64,000 nucleotides of DNA from an uncultured Lachnospiraceae bacterium (GTDB taxonomy: Bacteria; Bacillota; Clostridia; Lachnospirales; Lachnospiraceae), in contig CAJTNC010000016.1 of assembly GCA_910577955.1 (NCBI GenBank), forward strand, positions 6,995-70,994. The letters run 5' to 3'. This document shows positions 34,488 through 43,719 of the stretch, one piece after another; position 1 is the first letter of the stretch, and each line of letters opens with the position of its first letter. Position numbers and translations under genes: made by a program. Under the pieces are notes generated by a model. It saw only the letters and a list, made by a program, of their open reading frames with translations, made no database searches and was not told the origin of the DNA.

Positions 34488-35603
34488 ATGAAGGACAGGA
34501 TATATGTCTGCCACACCTATTATCATGCGTATGTGGCATTTTTGAAAGAGCTTCATCTGCGGCGAGAAAGAGGACAGGCCGCCGGGGAAGCAACTCTGTT
34601 ACTAAGCACCATGTCCAACGATTTTGAACAGTTCGGGGAGCGGGCAAAGGCAACCGGACTGTTTGCTGATGTTATTTCCTTTGAGGAAAAGAGAGAGGAC
34701 TATTTTCCGGAACTGGCATCTTTTAGGGAGGACAGAGGAAATATTGTTTTTAATATGTGGCAGCGCATACGCTTTACAGGACGTTACGCGAGACTGGAAG
34801 CGCCGTTTATTCCGGTAGATTTCAGGGAATACGGAGATATCTATGTGTTTTGCGATTCGGATCCGATCGGGTATTATCTGAACAGGAACAGGATATATTA
34901 CCATGCCATGGAGGATGGTTTAAACTGTCTTGTCCACTTTGATGCGGCCAGATATGATAACAGAGGACATTTCGGGCTGAAGGCGTTTTTGTCGAAAAAA
35001 CTGAATCTGATCTTTGTTCAGAACGGTTACGGGAAGTATTGTCTGGATATGGAGGTCAACGATATTTCCGCCATCGCGCTGCCCTGCCCTTATTACAGGG
35101 AAGTGCCGAGACAGCCCTTCGTGGACGCGCTGACAAGAGAAGATAAGAATCTTATTTTACAGGCCTTTGTCAGGGATATGGAAGAACTGCAAAAAAGGAT
35201 AGCGGAGTGCGGCGAAGCGGGAGAAAAAAGGAATAAAATACTGATTCTGACAGATCCGCTCTGTGAACTCGATGTCAGAGAACAGATTTTTAAGGACATT
35301 GTGGCGGAATATGAAAAGCAGGGACAGGTTTTCATCAAACCTCATCCCAGAGATGTGCTGGACTACCGCAAGATTTTTCCGGACTATCCGATCTTTGACA
35401 AGACGGTGCCGATGGAGATGTTAAACTTTTTCGAGGGACTGCATTTTGAACAGGTGATCACGGTCTTTACGGACTTGAAGGGGATCGGGTTTGCAGATAA
35501 ATGCGTGAGACTGAGTCATGAATTTATGGATAAGTATGAAGACCCGGAAATGCATAATCAGAATAAACGGATCGGTATCGTTGAGAAAAATGAGGAAGTT
35601 TAA
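34488..35603 (+). CDS. GT52-like glycosyltransferase (candidate nonulosonic-acid transferase)
   Basis: 371 aa. 'AMEDGLN' (D/E-D/E-G) and 'IKPHPRD' (HP) motifs occur at the same relative positions as in the 2884-4002 product. It lies directly upstream of the ABC exporter and pse genes. Confidence 0.5.
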   Translation: MKDRIYVCHTYYHAYVAFLKELHLRRERGQAAGEATLLLSTMSNDFEQFGERAKATGLFADVISFEEKREDYFPELASFREDRGNIVFNMWQRIRFTGRYARLEAPFIPVDFREYGDIYVFCDSDPIGYYLNRNRIYYHAMEDGLNCLVHFDAARYDNRGHFGLKAFLSKKLNLIFVQNGYGKYCLDMEVNDISAIALPCPYYREVPRQPFVDALTREDKNLILQAFVRDMEELQKRIAECGEAGEKRNKILILTDPLCELDVREQIFKDIVAEYEKQGQVFIKPHPRDVLDYRKIFPDYPIFDKTVPMEMLNFFEGLHFEQVITVFTDLKGIGFADKCVRLSHEFMDKYEDPEMHNQNKRIGIVEKNEEV

Positions 35604-35663
35604 GATGCGGAAAAACGGGCGGTATTATTTGAAAGAAGCGGCGGCTAAGGAGATCTGATTATT

Positions 35664-37424
35664 ATGGGGGACATCTTAAAGAAACTGAACAGATTGTTAG
35701 ATAAAAAACAGAAGAGAACTATGATCCTTATGGTCTTTATGATGATCTTCGGTGCGATTTTGGAGGCTTGCAGCGTCTCTATGGTCATTCCGGTGGTAGG
35801 GGTCGTTATGGACGAAGCTTCCGTTACGAAATATGAGATCGTGGGTGAGGTTTACACGGCGCTCCGCATGCAGAGCGTGACGCAGTTTGCTCTTCTGATG
35901 ATGGCGGCGCTGATCGCTATGTTTGTGGTAAAAAACGTCTATTTGTATTGGCAGATGAAATTTATGTACCGGTTTGTCTATACAAACCAGTTCAGGACTT
36001 CCGAGCGGATGATGAAAAATTATCTGCGGAAGGGCTATGAGTTTTATCTGAATGCGGATACGGCGGTGATCCAGAGAAATATCACTTCCGATGTGAACAA
36101 TATGTATGCGCTGATCCTTGCACTTTTGCAGCTTGTATCGGAAAGCATCGTTTTTGTGGTGTTGGTGGGTGTGATGCTCGTCTCGGATTGGAAGATGACG
36201 GCCATTGTGGCGGTACCGCTTTTTGTCACGCTGCTTATTATCAAAAATGTGGTAAAGCCTATTATGAATAGGGCGGGCAAGGAAAATCAGGATTTTTACA
36301 GCGGGCTGTTCAAGTGGATATCCCAGACGGTGCAGGGGATCAAAGAAGTAAAAATATCAGGGAAAGAACAGTATTTTACGCAGGAGTATATCAAGTGCGG
36401 CAGGGGCTATGTAAATGCGGTGCAGAAGTACACGCTCTACAACAGTATCCCGAGACTTTTGATCGAGACGGTCTGTGTGGCCAGTCTGGTGGGTTATATG
36501 ATGATACTGGTAAAGGGGGGAGAAAACGTCAGTGAAGTGACGGCCGTGCTGTCAGCCTTTGTGGTGGCGGCGATGCGCATTATGCCCTGTGCCAACCGGA
36601 TCAACAACCAGCTGACATCCATTGCGTTCTATCAGCCGTTTTTTATGGGCGTCAGCGACAATCTGCAGGATGAGATATCCGGTGAGAATACGGATATGAG
36701 CTTTGCGGAAGTGGCGAAGGAGAAGCTTCCTGTGAAGAAAACCATCGAACTGCGGGATATCACCTACCATTATCCCAATGCGGAACCTCTTATTTTTGAT
36801 CACGCGGATATGGAGATTCCGGTGGGGGCAGCAGTGGGCATCGTGGGAGCGTCCGGCGCCGGAAAGACCACGGTGGTGGACATTCTGCTTGGGCTTTTGG
36901 AGATTCGGACCGGCGGCGTTTACGCCGATGGGGTGAGCATCAGGAAAAATTACAGAAGCTGGCTAAAGAATGTAGGATATATCCCCCAGATGATTTTTAT
37001 GCTGGATGATACGATCCGCAAAAATGTGGCGTTCGGCATTGCGGAGGATGAGATCGACGAGGACAGGCTCTGGGAAGTGCTGAAGGAAGCCCAGTTGGAT
37101 GAATTTGTGAGAAGTCTGCCGGAGGGCGTGGATACAAGTATTGGAGAACGGGGGATCCGTATTTCCGGGGGACAGAGACAGCGTATCGGTATCGCCAGAG
37201 CGCTCTACTATGATCCGGAGGTGCTGATTCTGGACGAGGCGACGTCCGCCCTTGACAACGATACGGAGGCGGCGATCATGGATTCCATCAACAGTCTTCA
37301 TGGCAGAAAGACATTGATCATCATTGCACACAGACTGCAGACTATCGAAAAGTGCGATATGATCTACCGGGTGGAAAACGGAAAAGCAGTGCTTGAGAAG
37401 GACAGGAGAGGGACCGGTGCATAA
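35664..37424 (+). CDS. ABC exporter, fused permease-ATPase (MsbA/type I exporter-like)
   Basis: Six N-terminal TM helices. Walker A 'GASGAGKTT', signature 'ISGGQRQR', Walker B 'LILDEATSALD', and an H-loop 'IIAHR'. Confidence 0.85.
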   Translation: MGDILKKLNRLLDKKQKRTMILMVFMMIFGAILEACSVSMVIPVVGVVMDEASVTKYEIVGEVYTALRMQSVTQFALLMMAALIAMFVVKNVYLYWQMKFMYRFVYTNQFRTSERMMKNYLRKGYEFYLNADTAVIQRNITSDVNNMYALILALLQLVSESIVFVVLVGVMLVSDWKMTAIVAVPLFVTLLIIKNVVKPIMNRAGKENQDFYSGLFKWISQTVQGIKEVKISGKEQYFTQEYIKCGRGYVNAVQKYTLYNSIPRLLIETVCVASLVGYMMILVKGGENVSEVTAVLSAFVVAAMRIMPCANRINNQLTSIAFYQPFFMGVSDNLQDEISGENTDMSFAEVAKEKLPVKKTIELRDITYHYPNAEPLIFDHADMEIPVGAAVGIVGASGAGKTTVVDILLGLLEIRTGGVYADGVSIRKNYRSWLKNVGYIPQMIFMLDDTIRKNVAFGIAEDEIDEDRLWEVLKEAQLDEFVRSLPEGVDTSIGERGIRISGGQRQRIGIARALYYDPEVLILDEATSALDNDTEAAIMDSINSLHGRKTLIIIAHRLQTIEKCDMIYRVENGKAVLEKDRRGTGA

Positions 37425-37457
37425 CCGGATAGAAGAAGCGGATACGGAGGTGCGGTT

Positions 37458-38174
37458 ATGGCATCCATAGCAATTATTACTGCGCGGGGCGGTTCTAAGA
37501 GAATACCGGGAAAGAATATCAGGGATTTTGTCGGAAAGCCCATCATTGCTTACAGTATAGAAGCAGCCCGTGAGAGCGGCATCTTTGACGAAGTCATGGT
37601 GTCCACGGACAGTGAAGAGATAGCGGCTGCGGCGAAAAAGTACGGAGCGGCCGTGCCGTTTTTGAGGAGTGAGAAGACCAGCAATGACTGGGCGACGACG
37701 GCGGACGTCCTGCTTGAAGTGATAGAAAATTATAGAATTCGGAATAGACAGTTTGAACGGATATGCTGTATATATCCTACGGCGCCGTTTTTGACCGGAG
37801 AGAGGTTACGAGAGGCAAATAAGGTGTTGGAAGATGCAAAAGCAGAGTCGCTGATGCCTGTGGTGAGATTCAGTTTCCCGCCGCAGCGTGGGATGGTCAT
37901 CAGAGAAGGGCGGGTGGATTACCGGTATCCTGAGTTTAGAAATACAAGAAGTCAGGATTTGGAGGTGATGTACCACGACTGCGGTCAATTCTACTTTTGC
38001 AAGACGGATGCTTTTTTGAAGCATCGCACGATGGTGACACCGGATACGGTGCCTTTTGAGATGTCTGAGGAGGAAGTGCAGGATATTGACAATCTGCCGG
38101 ACTGGGAGATGGCGGAGCTAAAGTATAAGATGCTCGTACAAAAAAGGGAGGGCTGTCATGTTCCGTCTGTTTGA
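37458..38174 (+). CDS. pseF: Pseudaminic acid cytidylyltransferase (CMP-NeuAc synthetase family)
   Basis: 'IAIITARGGSKRIPGKNIRDFVGKPIIAYSIEAA'. About 238 aa. Adjacent to and overlapping the pseI-like gene. Confidence 0.8.
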   Translation: MASIAIITARGGSKRIPGKNIRDFVGKPIIAYSIEAARESGIFDEVMVSTDSEEIAAAAKKYGAAVPFLRSEKTSNDWATTADVLLEVIENYRIRNRQFERICCIYPTAPFLTGERLREANKVLEDAKAESLMPVVRFSFPPQRGMVIREGRVDYRYPEFRNTRSQDLEVMYHDCGQFYFCKTDAFLKHRTMVTPDTVPFEMSEEEVQDIDNLPDWEMAELKYKMLVQKREGCHVPSV

Positions 38175-39204
38175 TAAAATTAAGAAAAATGAAGTTTATT
38201 TAATCGCGGAAATGAGCGCGAACCACGGCGGTGATCCGGAGAATGCGCTGGAGATCGTCAGGCAGGCTGCCGCCGCAGGGGCGGACTGCGTAAAAATTCA
38301 GACTTACACAGCGGATACGATCACGATCGACTGTGACAGGGAGAGTTTTCGTATCAAAGGCGGTCTGTGGGACGATTATAAGCTCTATGATCTGTACGTG
38401 GATGCAGGAACGCCTTGGGAATGGCAGGGGCGAATCAAGCAGGAATGCGAGAACTGCGGCGTCGATTTTTTGTCGAGTCCTTTTGACCGTACGGCGGTGG
38501 ATTTTCTGGAGGAGATTCATGCAGAGGCGTACAAGATCGCCAGTTTTGAACTGGTGGATATTCCGCTGATCGAGTATGCGGCGTCAAAAGGCAAGCCTAT
38601 GATCATTTCATGCGGGATGGGGAGCATACAGGAGATACAGGATGCGCTGGACGCCTGTAAAAGAGTCGGAAACGACAAGATCGTACTGCTTAAGTGCTGC
38701 AGCGAGTATCCGGCTCCGTGGGCGGATATGCATCTGGGGAATATACCGGATATGAAAAAACGATTTGGAGTGCCCGTCGGGCTGTCGGATCACAGCATGG
38801 GAAGTTTAGGAGCGGTGGTTGGCGTATCTTTAGGAGCCTGCGTTGTAGAAAAACATATCTGTCTTCCCGGTGTGGAGAGTGCGGACAGCGGTTTCAGCAT
38901 GCCGGTGGAGGAGTTCGCGCAGATGGTGCAGGATGTGAAACACGCGAAAATAGCAGCGGAGGGTCCGGATTATACTCTGACGGAAGGGGAAAAGAAGCAG
39001 GCGGCCTTCAGACGCAGTATTTTTGCGATAAAAGATATCGGCGCAGGAGAAGAATTTACCTTGGAGAATGTCGGAATTATCAGACCGGGGGACGGTATCG
39101 CGCCTAAGTATCTGGGCAGACTTTTGGGAGAGAGATCACAGAGAAACATACTGCGCGGGGAACCGATCACTGAATCGGATCTGGGAAGGATAGGAGATAT
39201 ATGA
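38158..39204 (+). CDS. pseI: Pseudaminic acid synthase (NeuB family)
   Basis: 'YLIAEMSANHGGDPENALEIVRQAAAAGADCVKIQTY', 'KIASFE', 'GLSDHS', and a C-terminal SAF-like 'IRPGDGI...GEPITESDL'. Confidence 0.8.
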   Translation: MFRLFDKIKKNEVYLIAEMSANHGGDPENALEIVRQAAAAGADCVKIQTYTADTITIDCDRESFRIKGGLWDDYKLYDLYVDAGTPWEWQGRIKQECENCGVDFLSSPFDRTAVDFLEEIHAEAYKIASFELVDIPLIEYAASKGKPMIISCGMGSIQEIQDALDACKRVGNDKIVLLKCCSEYPAPWADMHLGNIPDMKKRFGVPVGLSDHSMGSLGAVVGVSLGACVVEKHICLPGVESADSGFSMPVEEFAQMVQDVKHAKIAAEGPDYTLTEGEKKQAAFRRSIFAIKDIGAGEEFTLENVGIIRPGDGIAPKYLGRLLGERSQRNILRGEPITESDLGRIGDI

Positions 39205-40211
39205 AGATGAAAGTAGGGGACAGTGCCTCTTTTGCTAAAACGATCACAGAGACAGATATCAGCCTGTATGCGGGCTTGACCGGAGATTTTAATACGGCGC
39301 ACATCAATGAAGAGGAGGCAGCCAGAGGACTTTTCGGGAAGAGAGTGGCTCATGGCATGTTGTCTGCGGGGCTGATTTCTGCCGTGCTGGGCACAAAACT
39401 TCCCGGTGAAGGAACTGTATATCTCAGTCAGAATCTGAACTTTTTAAAGCCGGTAACGGCGGGGGATACCGTTACGGCAGCATGCAAAGTGACGGAGATT
39501 CTGAATGCCGAAAAAGGGATATTCAAGCTTGAGACAAAATGCGTCAATCAGGCCGGGGAATGTGTGATCGACGGCGAAGCTGTGGTCAAATATACGGAAA
39601 ACGGGAATACGGAGCAGGAGAAAGAGCAGGCCGGAACATTTTACTCCGAGGAAGAATTGAAGAAACTGGGATTGAAAAAATACGGCCAAGATGTGCGGAT
39701 CAGCAGAAACGCGGTTCTTTATCATCCGGAACTGTTAGAGATCGGGAATCATGTGAGGATCGACGACTTTACGACCATAAGCGGCAGAGTTGAACTTGGC
39801 GATTATGTTCATATTGCGCAGTTCTGCGGGCTGTATGGCGGAGAGGCGGGAATCTTCATGGACGATTTCTCAGGTCTTTCCTCGCGGGTAGTGATCTATG
39901 CAACATCAAACGATTACTCGGGGGAATCTCTGACAAATCCAACTGTGCCGATGAAGTATAAGGCGGCCGATAAAAATGCGGCGGTGCATTTGTGCAGACA
40001 TGTGATCATCGGTACTACGTCCGTGATACTTCCGGGGGTGACGATCGGGGAAGGAAGCTCCGTGGGAGCACTCTCTATGTGCGGGAAGGATCTTGCGCCT
40101 TGGGGCGTATACGCGGGAAGCCCGGTCAGACGGATCAAGGAGCGCAGCATGAAATTGCTGGAGCTGGAAAAAGAACTGAGGGCCGAAGAAAAATCCGGAG
40201 AAATGATCTGA
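39201..40211 (+). CDS. Fusion: MaoC-like hotdog (enoyl-CoA hydratase/dehydratase) plus left-handed beta-helix (hexapeptide) acyltransferase
   Basis: N-terminal 'ITETDISLYAGLTGDFNTAHINEEEA...GKRVAHGML' is a MaoC motif. The C-terminal part has hexapeptide repeats 'IGNHVRIDDFTTISG', 'LGDYVHIAQ' and 'IIGTTSVILPGVTIGEGSSVGALS'. Its start overlaps the pseI stop (ATGA). Confidence 0.75.
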   Translation: MKMKVGDSASFAKTITETDISLYAGLTGDFNTAHINEEEAARGLFGKRVAHGMLSAGLISAVLGTKLPGEGTVYLSQNLNFLKPVTAGDTVTAACKVTEILNAEKGIFKLETKCVNQAGECVIDGEAVVKYTENGNTEQEKEQAGTFYSEEELKKLGLKKYGQDVRISRNAVLYHPELLEIGNHVRIDDFTTISGRVELGDYVHIAQFCGLYGGEAGIFMDDFSGLSSRVVIYATSNDYSGESLTNPTVPMKYKAADKNAAVHLCRHVIIGTTSVILPGVTIGEGSSVGALSMCGKDLAPWGVYAGSPVRRIKERSMKLLELEKELRAEEKSGEMI

Positions 40212-40226
40212 CAGAAAGGCGGCGGA

Positions 40227-41273
40227 ATGTTTTACATCAGAGCGGACGGCAATGAAAAGGTCGGCATGGGGCATGTGATGCGCTGTTTGACGATCGCGGA
40301 GGCGCTTAGGCGGCTTGGCTGGGAAGTTTTGTTTATCACAGCGGATGAAAGACCGGTAAAACTGATAGAGATGAGAGGCTTTGGGGTGAAAACATTGTCT
40401 GCCCGGTATGATGATATGGAGGCGGAACTGCAGATATTGATGGCGGTTTTGGCAGAAAGCGGGCGGGAGACACCTGATGAGATAAAAATTCTTGTGGACA
40501 GCTACTTCGTCACGAAGCGCTATCTGGAAAAACTGGGATCCGCAGCGAAAGTCATTTTGATGGATGATGAAAAGAAAGAGATCTATCCCTGCGACGGGCT
40601 GGTCAACTATAATATATTTGGTGAGACATTGGGATACGAAAGGGATTATCCGTCACAGACAAAACTGTTTCTCGGCTGTTCTTATATGCCGCTCAGGGAG
40701 CAGTTTCGTGATCGGCCTTATCGGGTGAGGGAAAGGGCGGAGAATATTCTGCTTACTACCGGCGGTGGAGACAGCTGCCATATGGCTCTTGCGATGGCAG
40801 AGCGGCTGATGGATAAAAGCAGCGTGAAAGGGATGGACATTCCGGTCTGGCATATTGTCTGCGGCCCTTATCACCCTGACACGGGGAGGCTAAAGGAACT
40901 TGCATCACAATGCGGAATACTGCGGATACATGAGAATGTGACGCAAATGTCAGATTTGATGATGGGATGCGATATTGCGGTATCGGCGGCGGGCAGTACA
41001 TTTTATGAACTGAGCAGCATAGGAATACCTGTGGTGGGATTCTACTTTGCCGAAAACCAGCGCATAAATATGGAGACTTTTGCAAAGCTGACACCCATAA
41101 AAAATGCGGGGGATTTTTCGGCACAGCCGGAGAGCGTGCTTGATTTTATAGAAGAAGAGGTGGAAAGACTGTGCGGAGAAAAAACGCTTCGGGAAGAGAT
41201 CAGTCAAAGCATGAAAACCATAGTGGACGGCAGGGGGGCGGACAGGCTGGCAAAGGGATTTTGTTCCCTCTGA
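40227..41273 (+). CDS. pseG: UDP-2,4-diacetamido-2,4,6-trideoxy-beta-L-altropyranose hydrolase (PseG, GT28-like)
   Basis: 'MFYIRADGNEKVGMGHVMRCLTIAEAL' is the characteristic PseG N-terminus. C-terminal 'AVSAAGSTFYELSSIGIP'. Confidence 0.8.
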   Translation: MFYIRADGNEKVGMGHVMRCLTIAEALRRLGWEVLFITADERPVKLIEMRGFGVKTLSARYDDMEAELQILMAVLAESGRETPDEIKILVDSYFVTKRYLEKLGSAAKVILMDDEKKEIYPCDGLVNYNIFGETLGYERDYPSQTKLFLGCSYMPLREQFRDRPYRVRERAENILLTTGGGDSCHMALAMAERLMDKSSVKGMDIPVWHIVCGPYHPDTGRLKELASQCGILRIHENVTQMSDLMMGCDIAVSAAGSTFYELSSIGIPVVGFYFAENQRINMETFAKLTPIKNAGDFSAQPESVLDFIEEEVERLCGEKTLREEISQSMKTIVDGRGADRLAKGFCSL

Positions 41274-42109
41274 TTGGTATCGCGGCGGCTTTTGCCGTCT
41301 GCAGTTTTTTGCTGTGGTTGGGATATCGGAGTGTGGACGCAGGAATAAAAGAGGAACCGCAAGACGTGGTCGCGACAGGCGACAGTATTATCGGGAAAGA
41401 GCGGAACGACGGAACGGTGGAGGAATACTTTGAAAAATATTCCGGACTGACTATGGTAAACGGCGCCTTTGGCGGCAATTGCGCCAGCGTCGGGGAGAAT
41501 GCGGGCAGATATTCTTATCAGAGCGAGTCCATCACACTGCCGGAACTGGCGAAGGCTATCTGTTGCCGGGACTTCAGTGTGCAGCGGGCAGATCTGGCAA
41601 TGAGCCAGACAAAGATAGAATATTTTGACGATTCGCTCAAAAATCTTTCGGAGGTGGATTTTAATCAGACAAAGGTGCTTATGCTGGCATTTGGGACTAA
41701 CGATTATCTGAGCGGAAAAAAAACGGATGATCCGGCGGATCCATATAATGTGGAGACTTACGGGGGAGCTCTCAGGTATGGGATAGAGCTGCTTGAAAAG
41801 ACATATCCGGATCTGGAGATTGTTCTTGTGACGCCGCTTTTTTGCCATATATCCGGATGGGAAAACTGTCTGGAGCAAAGTTTTTATGGGGGCGAAACGT
41901 TGGATAAATACGTGGAGACGGAAAAAAAGGTTGCAGAACAGTACGGGGTGTATGTGATAGATGTCTTTTATGAGTCAGGGATCGATGAGAGTAACTTCGA
42001 GGAATACATGGAAGAGGGCGGCCTGCATCTGAACAGAGAGGGAAGAGAGAAGTATGCCCGTTTTCTGGCGCAAAAAACGACGGAGCTGCTAAAGGAGAAA
42101 AACGAATGA
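41261..42109 (+). CDS. Membrane-anchored SGNH/GDSL-family esterase/acyltransferase
   Basis: Block I 'VATGDSIIG', block III 'AFGTNDY' and block V 'GGLHLNREGREKYA'. There is no in-frame ATG after the pseG stop. The start is inferred as TTG 41261; CTG 41270 is possible. Confidence 0.55.
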   Translation: MFPLIGIAAAFAVCSFLLWLGYRSVDAGIKEEPQDVVATGDSIIGKERNDGTVEEYFEKYSGLTMVNGAFGGNCASVGENAGRYSYQSESITLPELAKAICCRDFSVQRADLAMSQTKIEYFDDSLKNLSEVDFNQTKVLMLAFGTNDYLSGKKTDDPADPYNVETYGGALRYGIELLEKTYPDLEIVLVTPLFCHISGWENCLEQSFYGGETLDKYVETEKKVAEQYGVYVIDVFYESGIDESNFEEYMEEGGLHLNREGREKYARFLAQKTTELLKEKNE

Positions 42110-43710
42110 AGACACCCGTTGAAGTATGGAAAGAATTGAAAGAGAATATGCGTAAAGAATGGAAGAGCGCATTTTGGACAGTGTTCCTTTTGGGGCTTAT
42201 GATACATCTGCCCGTGATGATCGGCGACTTTCCTAATCATGACGGGCTTGCCGGCATGTACTTTGATCAGAATATGATTACCTCAGGGAGATGGTTCCTT
42301 TCCATTGCCTGCGGCCTTTCTTCATACTTTGCGCTGCCGTGGGTGAACGGGGTACTGTCCTTGATTTTTTTGGGTATAGGCGGGGCGGCCTTGATCGAAT
42401 TTTTGGAGATTAAGAGCGAGCCTGCTGTTTTGTTGATTTCCGGGCTGCTTGTGAGTTTTCCGGCGCTTGCATCGACCTATGCCTATATCTTTACCGCGGA
42501 CGGGTATTGCATGGCGCTTAGTTTTTCCATTCTGGCTGCGGCGTTTACCAAAAAATGGGAGTGGGGGTTTATACCGGGAGGGATCTGCCTTGCGTTTAGC
42601 ATGGGGGCTTATCAGTCCTATCTTTCTTTTGCCATGCTGCTTGCCATGTACGGCGCACTGATGGTGCTTTTGAGTGAAGGGTCTGTTAAAAGAAAGATAG
42701 GAAAGACCCTGCATTATCTGTACATGGGCCTGTTGGGAACAGGACTTTACTATGTGATGCTGCAGATCCTTTTGAGAGTGCAGGGAAAGGAGTTAGATAC
42801 CTATCAGGGGATCAACGGAATGGCAGCAGGAGGCGGGTTTTCTCCGGCGGAAAGACTGAGGAACATTTACAGCGATTTCTTTGCATTTACAGGAAATGGC
42901 AAGGTGTTGTATAATAATATGATATCCTTTGTTTCCTGCGGGATACTCGGCGTGACGGCGGTCGTTTTAGCTGTACGGCTTGTCGTGCGGAAAGGATATT
43001 ATAAAAAATGGTATTTTTACCTGATCTGCCTGTCAGCGTGTTTGCTTGTTCCGGCAGCTTTTAATGTGGTATTGATGATCTCGCCGGAGGTGACTTATCA
43101 CCTGCTGATGCGGTATCAGTGGTGTCTGGTCCCGATTTTACTGTTGGCTTTTTTGTGCCGCTTCGGGTTTTTGCAGACGGAGCTTTCGGGGCAGTTCTCT
43201 CCGCTGCACAGAAGGGATCCGGAGACGTTGAAAAAGCCTACGGTGATCTGCAATATCATTGTGCAGTGGGCAGTGTTTCTTGCGGCGGCGGTGTTGGTCG
43301 TGCATTACGGGGTGACCGACAATATCGCATACTCGAATCTGCAGAAAAAGTATGAAAAGACCTATGCTTACTGTCTGCGTCTGGCGGACAGAATGGAGCA
43401 GACCGAAGGCTACTATACGGGGATGCCCGTGGCAATGACCGGGGTGCAGAGCAGAAAAAATTTGCCGGAGACGGATATTACCGGGGCGGTGACTGACAAT
43501 ATGATCGGTATGTCGGGAGATTATCTGCTCTATACGGATACCAACTATCAGGCATTTATGAAATATTATCTGGGAGTTACCATCGAGTTAGTACCCGATG
43601 AGGAGATGGAACGGATATACACGACAAAGGAGTACCGGGAATTGAATAGTTTTCCCGAGGACAATTCCATGAGAGTCGTGGACGGGATTCTTTATATTAA
43701 GACGGAGTGA
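42106..43710 (+). CDS. GtrII-type (Glucos_trans_II-like) polytopic membrane glycosyltransferase
   Basis: 'FPNHDGLAGMYFDQNMITSGRWFLSIACGLSSYFALPWVNG' resembles the conserved N-terminal block of that family. 534 aa. ATGA overlap with the upstream gene. Confidence 0.6.
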   Translation: MKTPVEVWKELKENMRKEWKSAFWTVFLLGLMIHLPVMIGDFPNHDGLAGMYFDQNMITSGRWFLSIACGLSSYFALPWVNGVLSLIFLGIGGAALIEFLEIKSEPAVLLISGLLVSFPALASTYAYIFTADGYCMALSFSILAAAFTKKWEWGFIPGGICLAFSMGAYQSYLSFAMLLAMYGALMVLLSEGSVKRKIGKTLHYLYMGLLGTGLYYVMLQILLRVQGKELDTYQGINGMAAGGGFSPAERLRNIYSDFFAFTGNGKVLYNNMISFVSCGILGVTAVVLAVRLVVRKGYYKKWYFYLICLSACLLVPAAFNVVLMISPEVTYHLLMRYQWCLVPILLLAFLCRFGFLQTELSGQFSPLHRRDPETLKKPTVICNIIVQWAVFLAAAVLVVHYGVTDNIAYSNLQKKYEKTYAYCLRLADRMEQTEGYYTGMPVAMTGVQSRKNLPETDITGAVTDNMIGMSGDYLLYTDTNYQAFMKYYLGVTIELVPDEEMERIYTTKEYRELNSFPEDNSMRVVDGILYIKTE

Positions 43711-43719
43711 GGCGGCGAC

